Shown here: positions 1 to 28,134 of the stretch, piece after piece
Layout of the letters: each line of letters begins with the position of its first letter
How positions within the stretch are numbered: the stretch's first letter is position 1
Origin: Tubiluchus corallicola
Lineage: Eukaryota; Animalia; Priapulida
Direction of reading: 5' to 3'
DNA length: 64,000 bases
Assembly: GCA_030141605.1 (NCBI GenBank)
Contig: JAQGDQ010000475.1
Coordinates: 1 to 64,000, forward strand
Made by a program: the position numbers and the translations under genes
Notes under the pieces: generated by a model
What the model saw: the letters and a program-made list of their open reading frames with translations, nothing else
What the model was told of the DNA's origin: nothing
Databases searched by the model: none

Positions 1-468
1 GTAGTAGGCATATTTAGAATTTCCGAGAGGGCCACGGCGTCCCGTAACGGGCGTTTTCCCGGACCCAACTCGCGACTTTTTCGAAATTTTGACCAAACAG
101 CCTGCGGGAAAAACGTTCTAGCGTCGCCCAGTGGGACTCTCGGAAGGCGATATATAGCTCTTTACAAAGAGGAAGGACAGCGCTACACGATGATGTGGGT
201 TATATTTTAAGGCAGGTCCACCGAGAGGAGTACTGGCGAGTTAATTAGAGGTTCCATTTTCGGCGATTTTCGCTTAGAAAACTGTTGACGCAATGGCATT
301 GTTGTGACGTCATCCATTGTACTCTGCTACGGGTTTGCGTTAGATAAACAGACATACAGTAGACAGGATGTTACGGGCTTTGTGTTATAAATGAGGACTG
401 GTAGGATGTTCGCGTGTTATTGATTATACGTGGTTTTTTACGCAAAATCTTTTGCGGGGCTTTGCTAG
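1..468 (+). mobile_element. Non-autonomous Helitron-like element, 3' part
   Basis: Closely similar to 36412-36870 and to 27287-27715 (reverse strand). Ends in a CGCAAAA-TC-TTTTGCG hairpin followed by CTAG|T. Confidence 0.7.
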
Positions 469-533
469 TTAAATAATTAATTCTTATTTGTTTAGTGAAA
501 CAGTAAACACTGAAAGAATGAATGGATTCGTAC

Positions 534-15358
<14,825 letters not shown>

Positions 15359-15806
15359 AGATACGTTTTGTTCCCATCATCATAGTAGCCGTAGCCATAG
15401 GGTTCCGTTTCCAATTTCCTTTCACTTATTGCCTCTGTCGCCAGTGCAGTGTTTTGGATGAAGCTCTCTCGCTGCATTAGTGTGATGAAGGCGAGTGTCA
15501 CATATCGTAGATCGATGTTGTTATGGACGCCACACATTGTGTTTATTTGGTGACATTTTTATTGCTGGCGACCCTGTCGATGTTGTGATGGTTACAAATA
15601 AAAACAGGCAGGCATACATAAGTGATGAATGTGATGGTTTGATTGATGATTAAACAATAGAGACTGGAATATTAGTCGAACGCATTAAGCCAATAAAAGA
15701 ACAAAAAGTAGATAATACTGGCGAACACTCTCTCTCACACACACACACACACTTTCTCTCTCTCGCTCTCTCTGTTTTCTCACACACACACACACACACA
15801 CACACA

Positions 15807-15908
<102 letters not shown>

Positions 15909-15950
15909 CTCTCCTCTCTCTCTCTCCCTCTCTCTGCCTCTCTCTCTCTC

Positions 15951-16055
<105 letters not shown>

Positions 16056-16805
16056 GTCTACTCCTGTTTATACTGCTCTCTTCCTCTTTCTATTCCTCTC
16101 TGTATCCTTCCTTGTCTCTCCTGCTTATAAACCCCAAACCCCTGCCATGGTGGTGTTTTGTACACTACTATATATATAAATTTATATTCTTGTATTATAT
16201 GTGTGCTTGTATTATTATTTTTCGATATAGTACGTGACGACGGAATTTTTGACCTGCAAATAGAGGGGTCTTGTAAATATTAACGTACGCATATGTGTAT
16301 ATATCTAGGTACAGAGCAAAATATTTATCATCATAGTCATCATCATCATCATATGTTGATCATCGCCATCAGCATCGTCGTCGTCGTCATCGTCTGTGTT
16401 TCTCTGTTTTCCTTTTGCGTTCTATCTCTTTTATCTGTCCTTCTTTTCTTTCATCCATTCACTTTATGTCTGTCTCATCCACTCTTTCTTTCCCCGTCTC
16501 TTTCTCTTTCCCTCTCTCTTTATTTTTCCTCCTCTGAATTCGACTACTTTTTTTTAATTTGACACAAGACAAGATACAGTTTCGAAACTTTGTGTGTCCG
16601 ATATAAAGAGAAGATACTGAAACTACTCAAGGTTGTTTATTACAAGGAACGAAAACGCGCATTTTTAAGCATTACTTGAGGCTCGCGAAGCCTTTACACC
16701 ACCATGTTTTGATCATTTGCGACTAAATTATAAAACTGCGCCAGTCATTTTTATGATTTCAGTTTACAACAGTTTCCTCACCGAACTTGTAAAGTGCGTG
16801 CGTGC

Positions 16806-16836
<31 letters not shown>

Positions 16837-17129
16837 AATGAGTGCGTGTGTGCATGCGTGTGTGTGTGTTTTGTTAAAACCGAACCCAATCTTAAACTGT
16901 AGGTCAATTTTTTTCAAAAATGAGATACGTGAAAGAATTATTACCACACAAACACAATTTCATGTTCGCGCCACTAGTTCTTCGCTGTTTCATGCATTTC
17001 GCCATTCGCAAGTTAGATGGGCACTAGCGCCTGCATTTCAGAAACGCATTTTACAAAAAACAGGTGTTGTACCTCTCAGTTCAGATGTGTTAGTTTTCAT
17101 CGAACTTCATGATAGGGTAGCATATGAAA

Positions 17130-18300
17130 AATCATCCTGTCCTTCTTTAAAATGCATTCCTATTCAATCTGCACTTAAATATTGCGCATTTAAAAGTGCG
17201 AGCATGTGCCAACTGGTGCCAACTTGTGCCAACTGGTGCCAACTAGTGCCAACAACTTGAGAAGTTCACTTGATCAGTTGATCTCTGAAAAAATTATCAG
17301 AGCACTCGTAGCACACACGTGTTACTAAACTAAGTAAAATTTTAAAATACTTTTCGTTATCAATAAGATTAAGAGTACGTTTATCGACTAGTAGGTGGTG
17401 CACCCTGATTTCACGTAGGTGACGTCATGTAATGGCGCTATCGGAACAGTGTCGCGGGAAATTTAAAATGAAAACAAACAAAAAATCCTTTCACACCGGG
17501 TACCACATACGTGGAAAATTGCTAAAACAAGTAATATAATTTTTAAGGCAATTTAGAGGCCTTTAAAAGGACAAGAAAAGGGGTACCCAAATGAGGTCCC
17601 ATGAAAATCGCTTTAAAACATTAAAATATTACTTTACAGCAACTTTATACGTAATATACATTCGTACTCGCGTTGAAAGGAATTTTTGTTTGTTTTCATT
17701 TTAAATTTTCCGCAATCCGGCGCCATTGCTTGACGTCATATACGCACAACTTAATCTAAGGGAAGAAAAGGCAATGTTAGATTATGTCCCGAAAAACTTC
17801 CCATGCAAGCTATATTACTTAACATTTCGCTTACTTGCTGGAAAGACTTGTATGTAAATATATGTAAATTTACATATATGTAACTATATGTAAATTAAAT
17901 ATATGTATATATAAATATATGTAAAATATATATGTAAAATTTTATGTAACTGAAAATATAATTTAAAGTGTTTGTGCCAATTGGTAAAATGTCGCTGGCC
18001 ACCCTCCAGGGTGCGCCACTCACTAACCAAAAACGTATTTTTAATCTTATTGACAAGATACAGTAATTTAAAATTTTATTTACTTAGTAAAATGTGCGCT
18101 ACGAATGCTCTGATTATTTCTTCAAATTTTACTCAGTGTTATCTAAACCTGTTTCAAATGACCTACTGTTTAAATGGCTGGGCCTAGCGGTCATCGCGGT
18201 AGTATGAATTTACAGGTTTTACACAACGTTACTGCCGACGCAAGCTCTGCATGCAAAAAGGCAGTATGTGAGTGGTATAAACTTCCAAGATGGATCTTTA
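17130..18300. mobile_element. Inverted pair of Kolobok-like elements
   Basis: 17130-17550 is reverse-complementary to parts of 17567-18300; both align to 2657-3282. Confidence 0.55.
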
Positions 18301-19743
18301 CGCTTTGCTGTCAGAGAAAAAACTCGCTGTTGTGAACGCACCGTTTCGTGATAGGCTTGATTTTTATACCAATCCTTTCTTAGTATTCTCATTTGCTCTG
18401 TGGGCAAAGCAACCGACCATGCTAGCAGTTCTTGCAGTAATCTGGCAGTTCTGTAATACGTTCGTAATTTAATACCTTCCGAAGTGGTCAGCATTTCAAG
18501 AAATCAACTTCCATTTACCGGTTCTGCTTTGGAAAAAGCCGAGGTTTTTTTTAGATGGGTTTACTATTTGTTGTTCCTCGAACAAAATACTCACAGAAAA
18601 TAGTGAGATTTAAGAATTAGTTTTTTTGTTGTTAATCTTTCGCCTGGTTGCCGTTCGACGTTTGCTCATCCAGAGCCTCACTTTCGGCAACTTTTCCATA
18701 GTTTTCTACGTAGGCCTTCGTCGAACAGCCAGACAGGGGGCGGATCCATTTTCTACCGTACGGTACCGTTGCGCGAAAGACACCCAGCCACGTTTTCTGT
18801 CGATTGATGCAAAAGGCGTGCCGCTTAATCAACTGGATCTTATTCGTACAGTAATCTCAGCATATCGAGATTGAAACTAAATTGTTAGTTTCGTAAAAAA
18901 AACGTGGCCACCTTTTTCGAAAATCGGACTTTGCAAAAGGGGTATGGATGCGCTCAGAATGTTACAGGAAGACAAAAGGTTTTGCACCTGGTATGTTTCC
19001 TAAGTCTACAATGTCAGAAAATCCTAGACTATACGATGAACAACATTGTGATACTTTGCATAGATTCAGCATTACTCTACGGATTAAAATTTCAGGTAAG
19101 AAAGTACTTTTTATACCTTTACATTTCGTCGAATGTCGTATGATATGAACTATGAATTTTATTTCACACATCAAAAAATACAATATCAAGCACATTAATA
19201 AACTTTAAAAAAATAATTTGAGTAGTGCGAGGTGAGTGTACGACCATACGGTCATTAACACACTCACCTTACTTAAGTGAAAAAATGATTATAGTTATGC
19301 ATGCTTCTGTAGATAAGTTAATGTAAATAAAGATGAAGTAAATGATGTAATAATAGCAATGGTATAAGAGCAATAAACCTGAAAGTTGAGAAAGGAAAAG
19401 ATAATATGTAATTAGGACTTTGAGTGAGCCTTAAAGAGTGAAATTTTTTTTAAATAGTTACGAATATGAATTATGTGATTATCACTTACTTGTATTACAA
19501 TGCAATCATATTGTTTACTTGTATATACAGTGATATATATACAATTATGCACTATAAGTTTATTTAAATTTGCTGTTTTGGTAATGTAGTTCTTTTCTTG
19601 TTTTGGTAAGAGAAAAGTTGGCGAGCCTTAAACAACTATAGCAGTAATGCTATGGCTTATTAATGCACCAAAACTGTGTGACACTGAATTTATTCCGACC
19701 TGAATTTCTATATTCAAACAAATAGAAATATACTTTCTATATA

Positions 19744-20239
19744 CCGTATATACGTGTGTACAAGTCGACCTCATGTACAAGTCGATGTGCCTTTTACGAC
19801 CAAAAATTACATCGTTTTACATGTTACCTGTGTACAACGCGAACTTAAAATATTGTCATAAAAATAGTGTAAAACTTCCCGCGGCAGCCGACAAGCGGCA
19901 GCACCTGCACAACATTGGCGATTTCCTTGTTCTGTGTGCTCCGTCGCTAGTTAATATATAAATTTTAACTTAATTTCACATACATTAAAATAAATTACTG
20001 TAATATTTGTTAATTTGGTGAAGTAATGTCAAGACGCGAGCATTCTCTGATGTGAAGTACCTCAGTATGTGTGTTCAATCAGTCCAGCATATAATGAAGG
20101 ATTATTTCTTTACATATTCGTATTGTTGACGACTGTTTAGCGTCATCTCCCAAAAAACATATCTAAGTATAAGTTGACCCCAAAAATTTCACCTTAAAAT
20201 CATCTCCCAAAAAATTCAACTTGTACATAGTATATACGG
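19744..20239. mobile_element. Tc1/pogo-like MITE
   Basis: TA|CCGTATATAC...GTATATACGG|TA with subterminal tacaagt(c/t)ga repeats. Confidence 0.7.
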
Positions 20240-20449
20240 TAATTTTTATCATACATTTAGTTTAAACATAATTTGTTATAGGATTGGATCAGACAGTTTG
20301 AACAACATGATTTAGGATCCTCACCACAACAGACTTTATACACTATTCATTTACTGTAAGAATTGACTATAAGTACACAAGCTGACAAGTTTTACTACAA
20401 GATTACATTAGACATTAGTAGAAAATGACGGTTAGAAGATATTAATGTA

Positions 20450-20800
20450 CGAATATTTAAAACTGATGCATTTCATATCAGAAAGAAACTACTGGAAGCG
20501 TTTAGTACGTAGTTGCTATAAATTCACCTTTTCCGAATAATAACAACTTCAACAGATCATTAGTTCCTAAGGCAGCTATATTAAGGTTTTCAGGCAGAAG
20601 CATTTCATTTAATTTATCAAATATAACAACGCTAGTTTGTTGATGCGATGGGCAGTGCAACAAAAAGTGTTCAACAGCCTCAGATCGAAATCCACAATTA
20701 CAATTCGGCAATATTGGATGACCGTTATTATCTTTACAGCCTTTAGATAAAAGGTCATAGTTTACCTGAGAAAATCCGATTCTCATGCGCGTATATGATG
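20450..20800 (-). mobile_element. LINE ORF2 C-terminal fragment (CCHC-like)
   Basis: MRIGFSQVN..CNCGFRSEAVEHFLLHCP motif. Confidence 0.6.
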
Positions 20801-21639
20801 CACTGAAATTGGAGGTTTATCATACGTTTACATTGAGATTAGAGTTGCTAAGCCTTTGCATTCAAAAATAATTATTATTTATTACTTCGGAAATGGTGTT
20901 TGATAAGCCGACGGAGAAAGAGCTTATAATATTTTAATTCTGTTTGGTGTATATATGTGTATGTCTATGGATATAAATATAAAATATTGATATATATTTG
21001 TGTACAATATGTAAGTTTTGAGGCTCGGGCTCCAGCGACTCTTGCTGTTTTTGGTTTTATTGTTGCTGCTATTAATGAGGATGAAAATAAATTATGATGA
21101 TGGTGATGATGACGATGACGATAACAATGACAACAACCGCTACAATGATGATGAAGATGATAAGGGTGAATTTTTCCATTTTTTCCATTTTTTTGTACTT
21201 CTATATGATATTTTTCTTGATCGTTGATTAAGACCGGACTGCCTGAATGTACAGCTTGATTTGAACTTGAATTAACGGTCAGTGTTGGGCAGTAATTTCT
21301 TCAATTTTATCTATTTGGGAGGTTATAGGGATGTCACGATTAGCTTAGGACAAATTTTACTAAATTAGCAAAAAATTGTAACGTCTTGAGTCATCTCAAT
21401 TTGTCATGATAGTTGTGTGCAGTAAGTAGCAAAACTATGTAAACGACTTGTGATTTTCAAATTTTCTTTTACTCGTTTTCGTTTCGTTCGCTTCATTTTC
21501 CTTATTTTTTCTTTTCGTGACTGCTCGTTCTCTCTTTTTTCTCATCTCGCCTTTTCTCTGCTATTTTTCTTTCTTTTCCTTTTGTGACAATTCTTGTTTC
21601 CTTTCCTGCCATTGGTTCTGTGTTTTTTACTCATTCGTC

Positions 21640-23830
21640 TTTTCTCTTCCTTTCTCTTCTCTTCCCTTTTCTCTCCCTTCTCTTCTCTCTTGTTTTCTCT
21701 TCCCTTCTCTTCTCTTCTCTTCTCTTCCCTTTTCTCTTCCCTTCTCTTCTCTCTTGTTTTCTCTTCTCTTCTCTTCTCTTCTCTTCTCTTCTCTTCTCTT
21801 CTCTTCTCTTCTCTTCTCTTCTGTTCTGTTCTGTTCTGTTCTGTTCTGTTCTGTTCTGTTCTGTTCTGTTCTGTTCTGTTCTGTTCTGTTCTGTTCTGTT
21901 CTGTTCTGTTCTGTTCTGTTCTGTTCTGTTCTGTTCTGTTCTGTTCTGTTCTGTTCTGTTCTGTTCTGTTCTGTTCTGTTCTGTTCTGTTCTGTTCTGTT
22001 CTGTTCTGTTCTGTTCTGTTCTGTTCTGTTCTGTTCTGTTCTGTTCTGTTCTGTTCTGTTCTCTTTTCTCTTCTCTTCTCTTCTCTCTTCTTCCTCTTCC
22101 CCTCTCCTTCTCCTCTCCTCTCCTCTCCCCTCTTTTCTCTTCTCTTCTCTTCTCGTGTCTTCTCCTCTCCTGTCCTCCCCTCCCTCTCCCCTCTTCTCTT
22201 CTCGTGTCTTCTCCTCTCCTGTCCTCCCCTCTCCCCTCTTATCTTCTCTTTTCTTCTCTCTTCTTCTCCTCCCTCTTCTCCTCTCCTTTCTCTTATCTCA
22301 TCGACTCTTTCCTCTTCTCTCACCTCTGTTCCGCTTTCCTTCGCTCCTTCCTCCTCGCCCCTTTTCTTCTTTTCTTTTTTTTCTTTCCCTTTCTTAGAAA
22401 TTATTTTTACTGACTGTTCACTGTGTGTCGTGCAGCCATTCCTGATATTTTTCCATTTTTATATTTATATTTTACATTTCACAGTTGAACTGAGTATCCA
22501 TGGAAACAACAGCACGTCCCTCTTGCGTTCTTCCGTCCATCAGCTGCATGCTGAACGACTTCCCTTCCCTGCCACCACGAAATGAGTGCACGGGGTTTGA
22601 GGGTTCAATTCGACCACTGACCACACAAGAGTGGACAGCCTCCAGTTTTAACAGTAATCCGGACGAGCTGACTCAGTATGGTAATTGGTGGCCAACGCCA
22701 GAAGTACCGAGCGAGACAGATGCTGTTTATAAGGAGCAGTCAGAGGTAAGAGGTGAACATACTACACCGTCTCTACTTCAAAAGTGCAAATAGTGAATTT
22801 GTTTGTGAAAAAAGTAGTTCCAAGAGTAGTGAAGGTAATCTTCGCTCCCATTGGTTCTGTGTTTTTTCTCATTCGTCTCTTCTCTTCTCTTCTCTTCTCT
22901 TCTCTTCTCTTCTCTCTTCTCTTCTCTTCTCTTCTCTTCTCTTCTCTCTTCTCTTCTCTTCTCTCTTCTCTTCTCTTCTCTTCTCTCTTCTCTTCTCTTT
23001 CTCTTCTCTTCTCTTCTCTTCTCTTCTCTTCTCTTCTCTTCTCTTCTCTTCTCTTCTCTTCTCTTCTCTTCTCTTCTCTCTTTTCTTCTCTTCTCTCTTC
23101 TCTTCTCTTCTCTTCTCTTCTCTTCTCTCTTCTCTTCTCTTCTCTTCTCTCTTTTCTTCTCTTCTCTCTTCTCTTCTCTCTTCTCTTCTCTTCTCTCTTT
23201 CTCTTCTCTTCTCTCTCTCTTCTCTTCTCTTCTCTTCTCTCTTCTCTTCTCTTCTCTTCTCTTCTCTTCTCTTCTCTCTCTTCTCTTCTCTTCTCTTCTC
23301 TTCTCTTCTCTTCTCTTCTCTTCTCTTCTCTCTTTTCTTCTCTTCTCTTCTCTGCTCTCTCTGCTCTTCTCTTTTCTTCTCTTCTCTTCTCTTCTCTTCT
23401 CTTCTCTCTTCTCTCTTCTCTCTTCTCTTCTCTCTTCTCTTCTCTTCTCTTCTCTTCTCTTCTCTTCTCTTCTCTTCTCTTCTCTTCTCTTCTCTTCTCT
23501 TCTCTTTTTCTTCTCTTCTCTTCTCTTCTCTTCTCTTTTCTTCTCTTCTCTTCTCTTCTCTTCTCTTCTCTTTTCTCTCCTCTTCTCTTCGCTTCTCTTC
23601 TCTTCTCTTCTCTTCTCTTCTCTTCTCTTTCTCTTCTCTTCTCTTCTCTTCTCTCTTCTCTTCTCTCTTTTCTTCTCTTCTCTCTTCTCTTCTCTTCTCT
23701 TCTCTTCTCTTCTCTCTTCTCTCTTCTCTTCTCTCTTCTCTTCTCTTCTCTTCTCTTCTCTTCTCTTCTCTCTTTTCTTCTGTTCTTTTCTCTTCTCTTT
23801 CCTTTTCTCTTCTCTTCTCTTCTCTTTTCT
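21640..23830. repeat. (CTCTT)n/(CTGTT)n pentanucleotide tracts flanking a unique exon
   Basis: Tracts at 21640-22390 and 22875-23830. Both are preceded by the same ccattggttctgtgtttttt..tcattcgtct sequence. Confidence 0.9.
22500..22745 (+). CDS. Putative first coding exon (82 codons), probably of the downstream zinc-finger gene
   Basis: Strong acceptor tttcacag|22485, in-frame TGA just before ATG 22500, strong donor GAG|gtaaga (phase 0). It is a GC-richer island between two (CTCTT)n tracts. The partner exon is inferred only from phase. Confidence 0.5.
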
Positions 23831-24603
23831 TCAGTCTCATCTCAGAAGTCCAGGAGGTGATTTCAAAGGTTCAAAAGTGGGCAGAAGTGCAGCAAGCGTT
23901 CTCAAAACTGCTAAAGAATAAATAAGTTGTGCAAAATGTGAAATCGATTTACGGTGAGCATCAGTTTTACCTCAAGTGTGCAGAAATGGAATCAACTTAC
24001 AACAAACAACTGCTTTTGTCTTTTGCGAATTTGATTTCATCTTTTGCGCTTTTGAAATCGCTCTTTGCAGAATTAGTCATCCACTTTTCTGCGTTCCTGA
24101 GCTTATTTGAAATCACTTTTTGTACTTTTTAAGCGAAGAATGTGTAATTTGTTTAGTTGCCTAAAGTACGGAAGCTCAAAATCATACACCTGTGGCCAGT
24201 TGTTATGGTGTCCATTAGTGTAGATTTTTGGAATGAAATTTCAAGTCAAAACGTGTTAAAAATGGCCTGCACCACTTTACCCATTATTCAGGAGCGTGTT
24301 AAAGCACAAGAAATTCCCTCTACTTACATAAAGCTTAAAAATTCGGCGTGAAATTTTATACCTTACATACTGCCTTTTTGCATACAGGATTTTTCGGCAG
24401 TAACGCTGTATAAAACATGTAAAATTTAAAATCCCGCGATGATCGTTACACGCAGCCATTTAAAGCAAGTTTAGATAGCATTACGTGAAATTTGAAAAAA
24501 ATAATCGTAGCATTCGTAGCACACAAGTCACCAACTAAGTAAAATTTTAAATTACTGTATCTTGAGTGTAAAACTAAAAATACATTTCTTGGTTTGTGAG
24601 TGG

Positions 24604-25378
24604 TAGTACGCGAATAGATCAAGGTTGCAATTCAATCACTATATCCACGTGTCAAATAACTCCGGTGACACAATTTCAATGCTCGATAGTTTGCGATGGC
24701 AAGCAAATGGACTTGGATTCCACAAAACTGGAGGAAATATCAAATTCGGTGCCATATCCAGGTTTTGGTCTCACCCTGTGGTTAAGAATCGTCTGGCTTA
24801 AAGCGAAAAGTTTGCCAAATTATTTTTTGGCAGGCAAGGAGGTTAAAAGCCTGGTAATCGAAGGCGGAAACATGGACGACCTCGGAGAAAACTTTACACA
24901 CGGCTCGGCTGAAAATGTCCAATTGAGTTACATTAAAGGAATGAAAGTGATTCACCCCAAAGCATTTTACAATATGCATCGTTTAGAGTTGTTCAAATTG
25001 AAGCAATGCACAGATCTAATAACAGCCAACCTCGATCTTTCAAGCAATCCTAACATTCGCGCCATCTTTATCCAGCAGACGAACATACATCGCATGACAA
25101 AACCGCTCCTTCATAGAAACAATAACTTTCGTAACATACAATTCATGTTGAAACAAAGCAGATTGCTCTGCGACTGCGAAGCCATCTGGATGATGCAAGT
25201 AAAATGGAAGAAATACGTAGTGGATTGCTGGAAGCCACGATTATACAGTTCACTAAAAATTTCAGACTTTAACTGCAACTTAAATAACATCAGGGCTCTT
25301 TTCGATGGAGGAACTTCGACAACACAGACAAACATATTCTTGACATTCCTTTTGACAATCTGTACCAGCATAATATGA
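24604..25378 (+). pseudogene. LRR/LRRCT surface protein copy 1: ORF intact but 5'-truncated (no signal peptide or native ATG)
   Basis: Paralogous to 28135-29133. Cys-rich N-cap, about 6 LxxLxL strands, LLCDCEAIW..C.KP LRRCT-like cap, hydrophobic C-terminus. The sequence upstream of 24604, including the called GTG start, is transposon DNA. Confidence 0.6.
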
Positions 25379-27286
25379 ACGGAATTTGGTTTTAGTGAAG
25401 TTTAAACAAAGTACATGTCACTTAGTATGCATGGTTTCACGTTACTGGTGTCTTTTAAACTTAGAAAAATATAACAAAGAACTTTGGTAAAACTATTTTT
25501 AAAGCATAAGGCAAAAAGTATTGTTAAAACGAAGTACATGTCACTTAGTATGCATGGTTTTACGTTACTGGTGTCATTTAAACTTAGAAAAATATAACAA
25601 AAAAATTTGGTAAAACTATTTTTAAAGCATAAGGCAATCTGTATTGTCAGTGTATAGAAATTTTCACGCACAGTGGAGTGGTAGCTGCCATTCACCTGAA
25701 AATCATGACGTAATTCTAATGCCTCATGACTTTTCGCAAGCACACCTTGGCTTTCTGTAAGCGTGCGCTGCTTCAACTAAAACCGCCATAAGCAAAATGA
25801 AGAACCAACAGTGATGTAACGTTACAAATATCTTTATTATTCATATTGCTCCAATCAAGTGGACTAAATGAGAGATTAATGAGATGGCTGGTGTTGCATA
25901 GCAGGATCTAACTTTTTGAATCGAGGTTCAGTTTTTGACAGACTGACTCTCGTGCCTCCGTGAACGCCAAGGCGGTTTCGGGCTTTTGTCCTGACTGTCA
26001 CCATTGTTGAAAAGCTTTCTTCACACAGGGTCAAAATTCACTGAAAGCTTTACAGTGGACAAGGGTCATGACCTCGACCAATAACAATGAATTGTTGGCA
26101 CTGTCAACAGAGATGTGTGAACTACCTGCTGATTATTATATAACACTTTTTTTAAAATTGTCTAAGAGGCTCCTCAGGTACATCTTGTAGTGTTCACTGG
26201 TACCCCCAAGAGATACTATTACGACAGGTTGGGAACTGAGGGGTTCCCAAACTGATGTAATTATAGGAAACCAGGTAAAACAAAACATAGAAGTACACGG
26301 AACAAAAGCTCTAGGAATTCACGTTGTTTATTAGCGCATATTATGCTCCCTCTTGTGGGATTGGAAAACGCAAAACTGTGTAAAATGCTTATTATTCTTC
26401 TAACTCTGGTTACAGTGGTTTGTTTTCCCACCCAACAGAATGCAGACTTTGCTTGGTGCTAAACCAATTGTTTGCTGGTTGTTGTGATCTTTGCCTGAAT
26501 CTGGTGCAGAAGGTGCAAGTTTTGTTTTCTTTACACAAGAACCTCTTTCTAAGTTGTTGTTCCATCTGACACTTTGAATTTCATTCTCTGATTGTTTGAT
26601 AATATAATTTATTTTATGCCTTGGTAGGTAGAGTCATAATTGTGCTAATTAGTTCTTTGGGCTTAATTTATAGCATTGAAAATGACAGTTGGTATCGAAA
26701 CAATCGTCTGCAGCAATAAAACAACATGTTTAATGATATAATTTATTTTATGCCTTGGTAGGTAGTGTCATAATTCTGCTAATTATTTGTTTAGGCTTGA
26801 TTTATAGCATTGAAAATGACAGTTGGTATCGAAACAATCGTCTGCAGCAATAAACAACATATTGAAACTGCATTAATTGTTAAAAGAGAACAGCTTGGCA
26901 TTAATACTGATGAATCATACATGCGGGTATGATGATAAGAAGTTCATGTTGCCTTTGATTTTTTGTAGGAAACAACGTTTTTTGCCATGCACTTTTGAGC
27001 TTAAAATGGTGTAACCTGAACTAAATGAGTGGAAAATAAACAGGCCAATTTGAAAGGACAGCATCATCAGCACACCTCTGCAAACTTTCAAAAGCGTTAC
27101 AGACAAGCTCGTTCCTTCTGTTTAAGAAACCTATGCATGCAAACCATCTCACATATTGTTCCCACTGCCCCCATGTACCCATGTCAATTCAAGGACCAAA
27201 TTAAGAATTTCATGTTAAGGGCTTATTACAAAGTACAGCATGCATAAAATTCGTACATAGAGCAAACTTGTAACTTTCATACTAGA

Positions 27287-27990
27287 CTAGCAAAGGCTCC
27301 GCAAAAAATTTTGCGTATAAATACACTTATAATCAATAATACGTAATCATCCTACATAGTCCTCACTTATAACGCAAAGTCAGCAGCAGCTTTTACTGAA
27401 TTAAAGTTATAGGCAGAGTATAATGGATGACGTCAGAACAATGAAAAAATTGCCAAAAATAGAGCATCTAATTAACTCGTCGGTACTCCTCTTGGTAGAC
27501 GTGTCCTAAAATATAGCCCACAACATCGTGTAGCCCTGTTCTTCCTCTTTCTATAGAGCCATATATCTCCTTCCGAGAGTCCCACCAGGTGCCACTAGAA
27601 CGTTTTTTCTGCAGGCTGTTTGACAAAAATTTCGAAAAAATCGCTAGTCGGGTCCGGGAAAACACCGTTGCGGGACACCGTGGCCCTCTCGCGAATTCTA
27701 AATATGCCTACTACACTCACTGCTGAACGGGCTATCTATCCATAGCCAGCACCACCCATGGCCCGTTCCCATTGTCCAAAAATAAGAGGTATGAGTTTTG
27801 CAAAAAACGGCCAAAAATGGCCATTTTTCGAGGTTTTTTTTAGCCCCCCCCCCAACGTTTGTCCCGGTGAACCCGATTCGAAAAATAAACCCGCAATGGC
27901 ACGATACTAGATCGAGACATTTCTTTTGATGTATAGATCACCGCAAATAGTGCTGCCGTCAGAACTGTAGCCTTGACTCTTACATATATA
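27287..27990 (-). mobile_element. Non-autonomous Helitron-like element (same family)
   Basis: Reverse complement of the 36143-36870 family; CTAG end at 27287 and TA-rich other end. Confidence 0.7.
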
Positions 27991-28134
27991 TACGACGACA
28001 TAACTAAACAATTGTTGTCATTAGTAACGACTGTGAAACTGCTTGTATTCCCTAGTAATTATTGACATGACTACATGTCACAACATGCTGTCATCCTGCT
28101 TTAGGAGAACAAGAAACTTCCAGCAACGCAGGTG

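Noticed and set aside
18219-19195. Cluster of short ORFs, possibly a Kolobok transposase remnant
   Set aside because: No recognisable motif; more plausibly UTR or promoter sequence.
21517-23925. FSSLL/EKRRE ORFs up to 390 aa
   Set aside because: Translations of pentanucleotide microsatellites.
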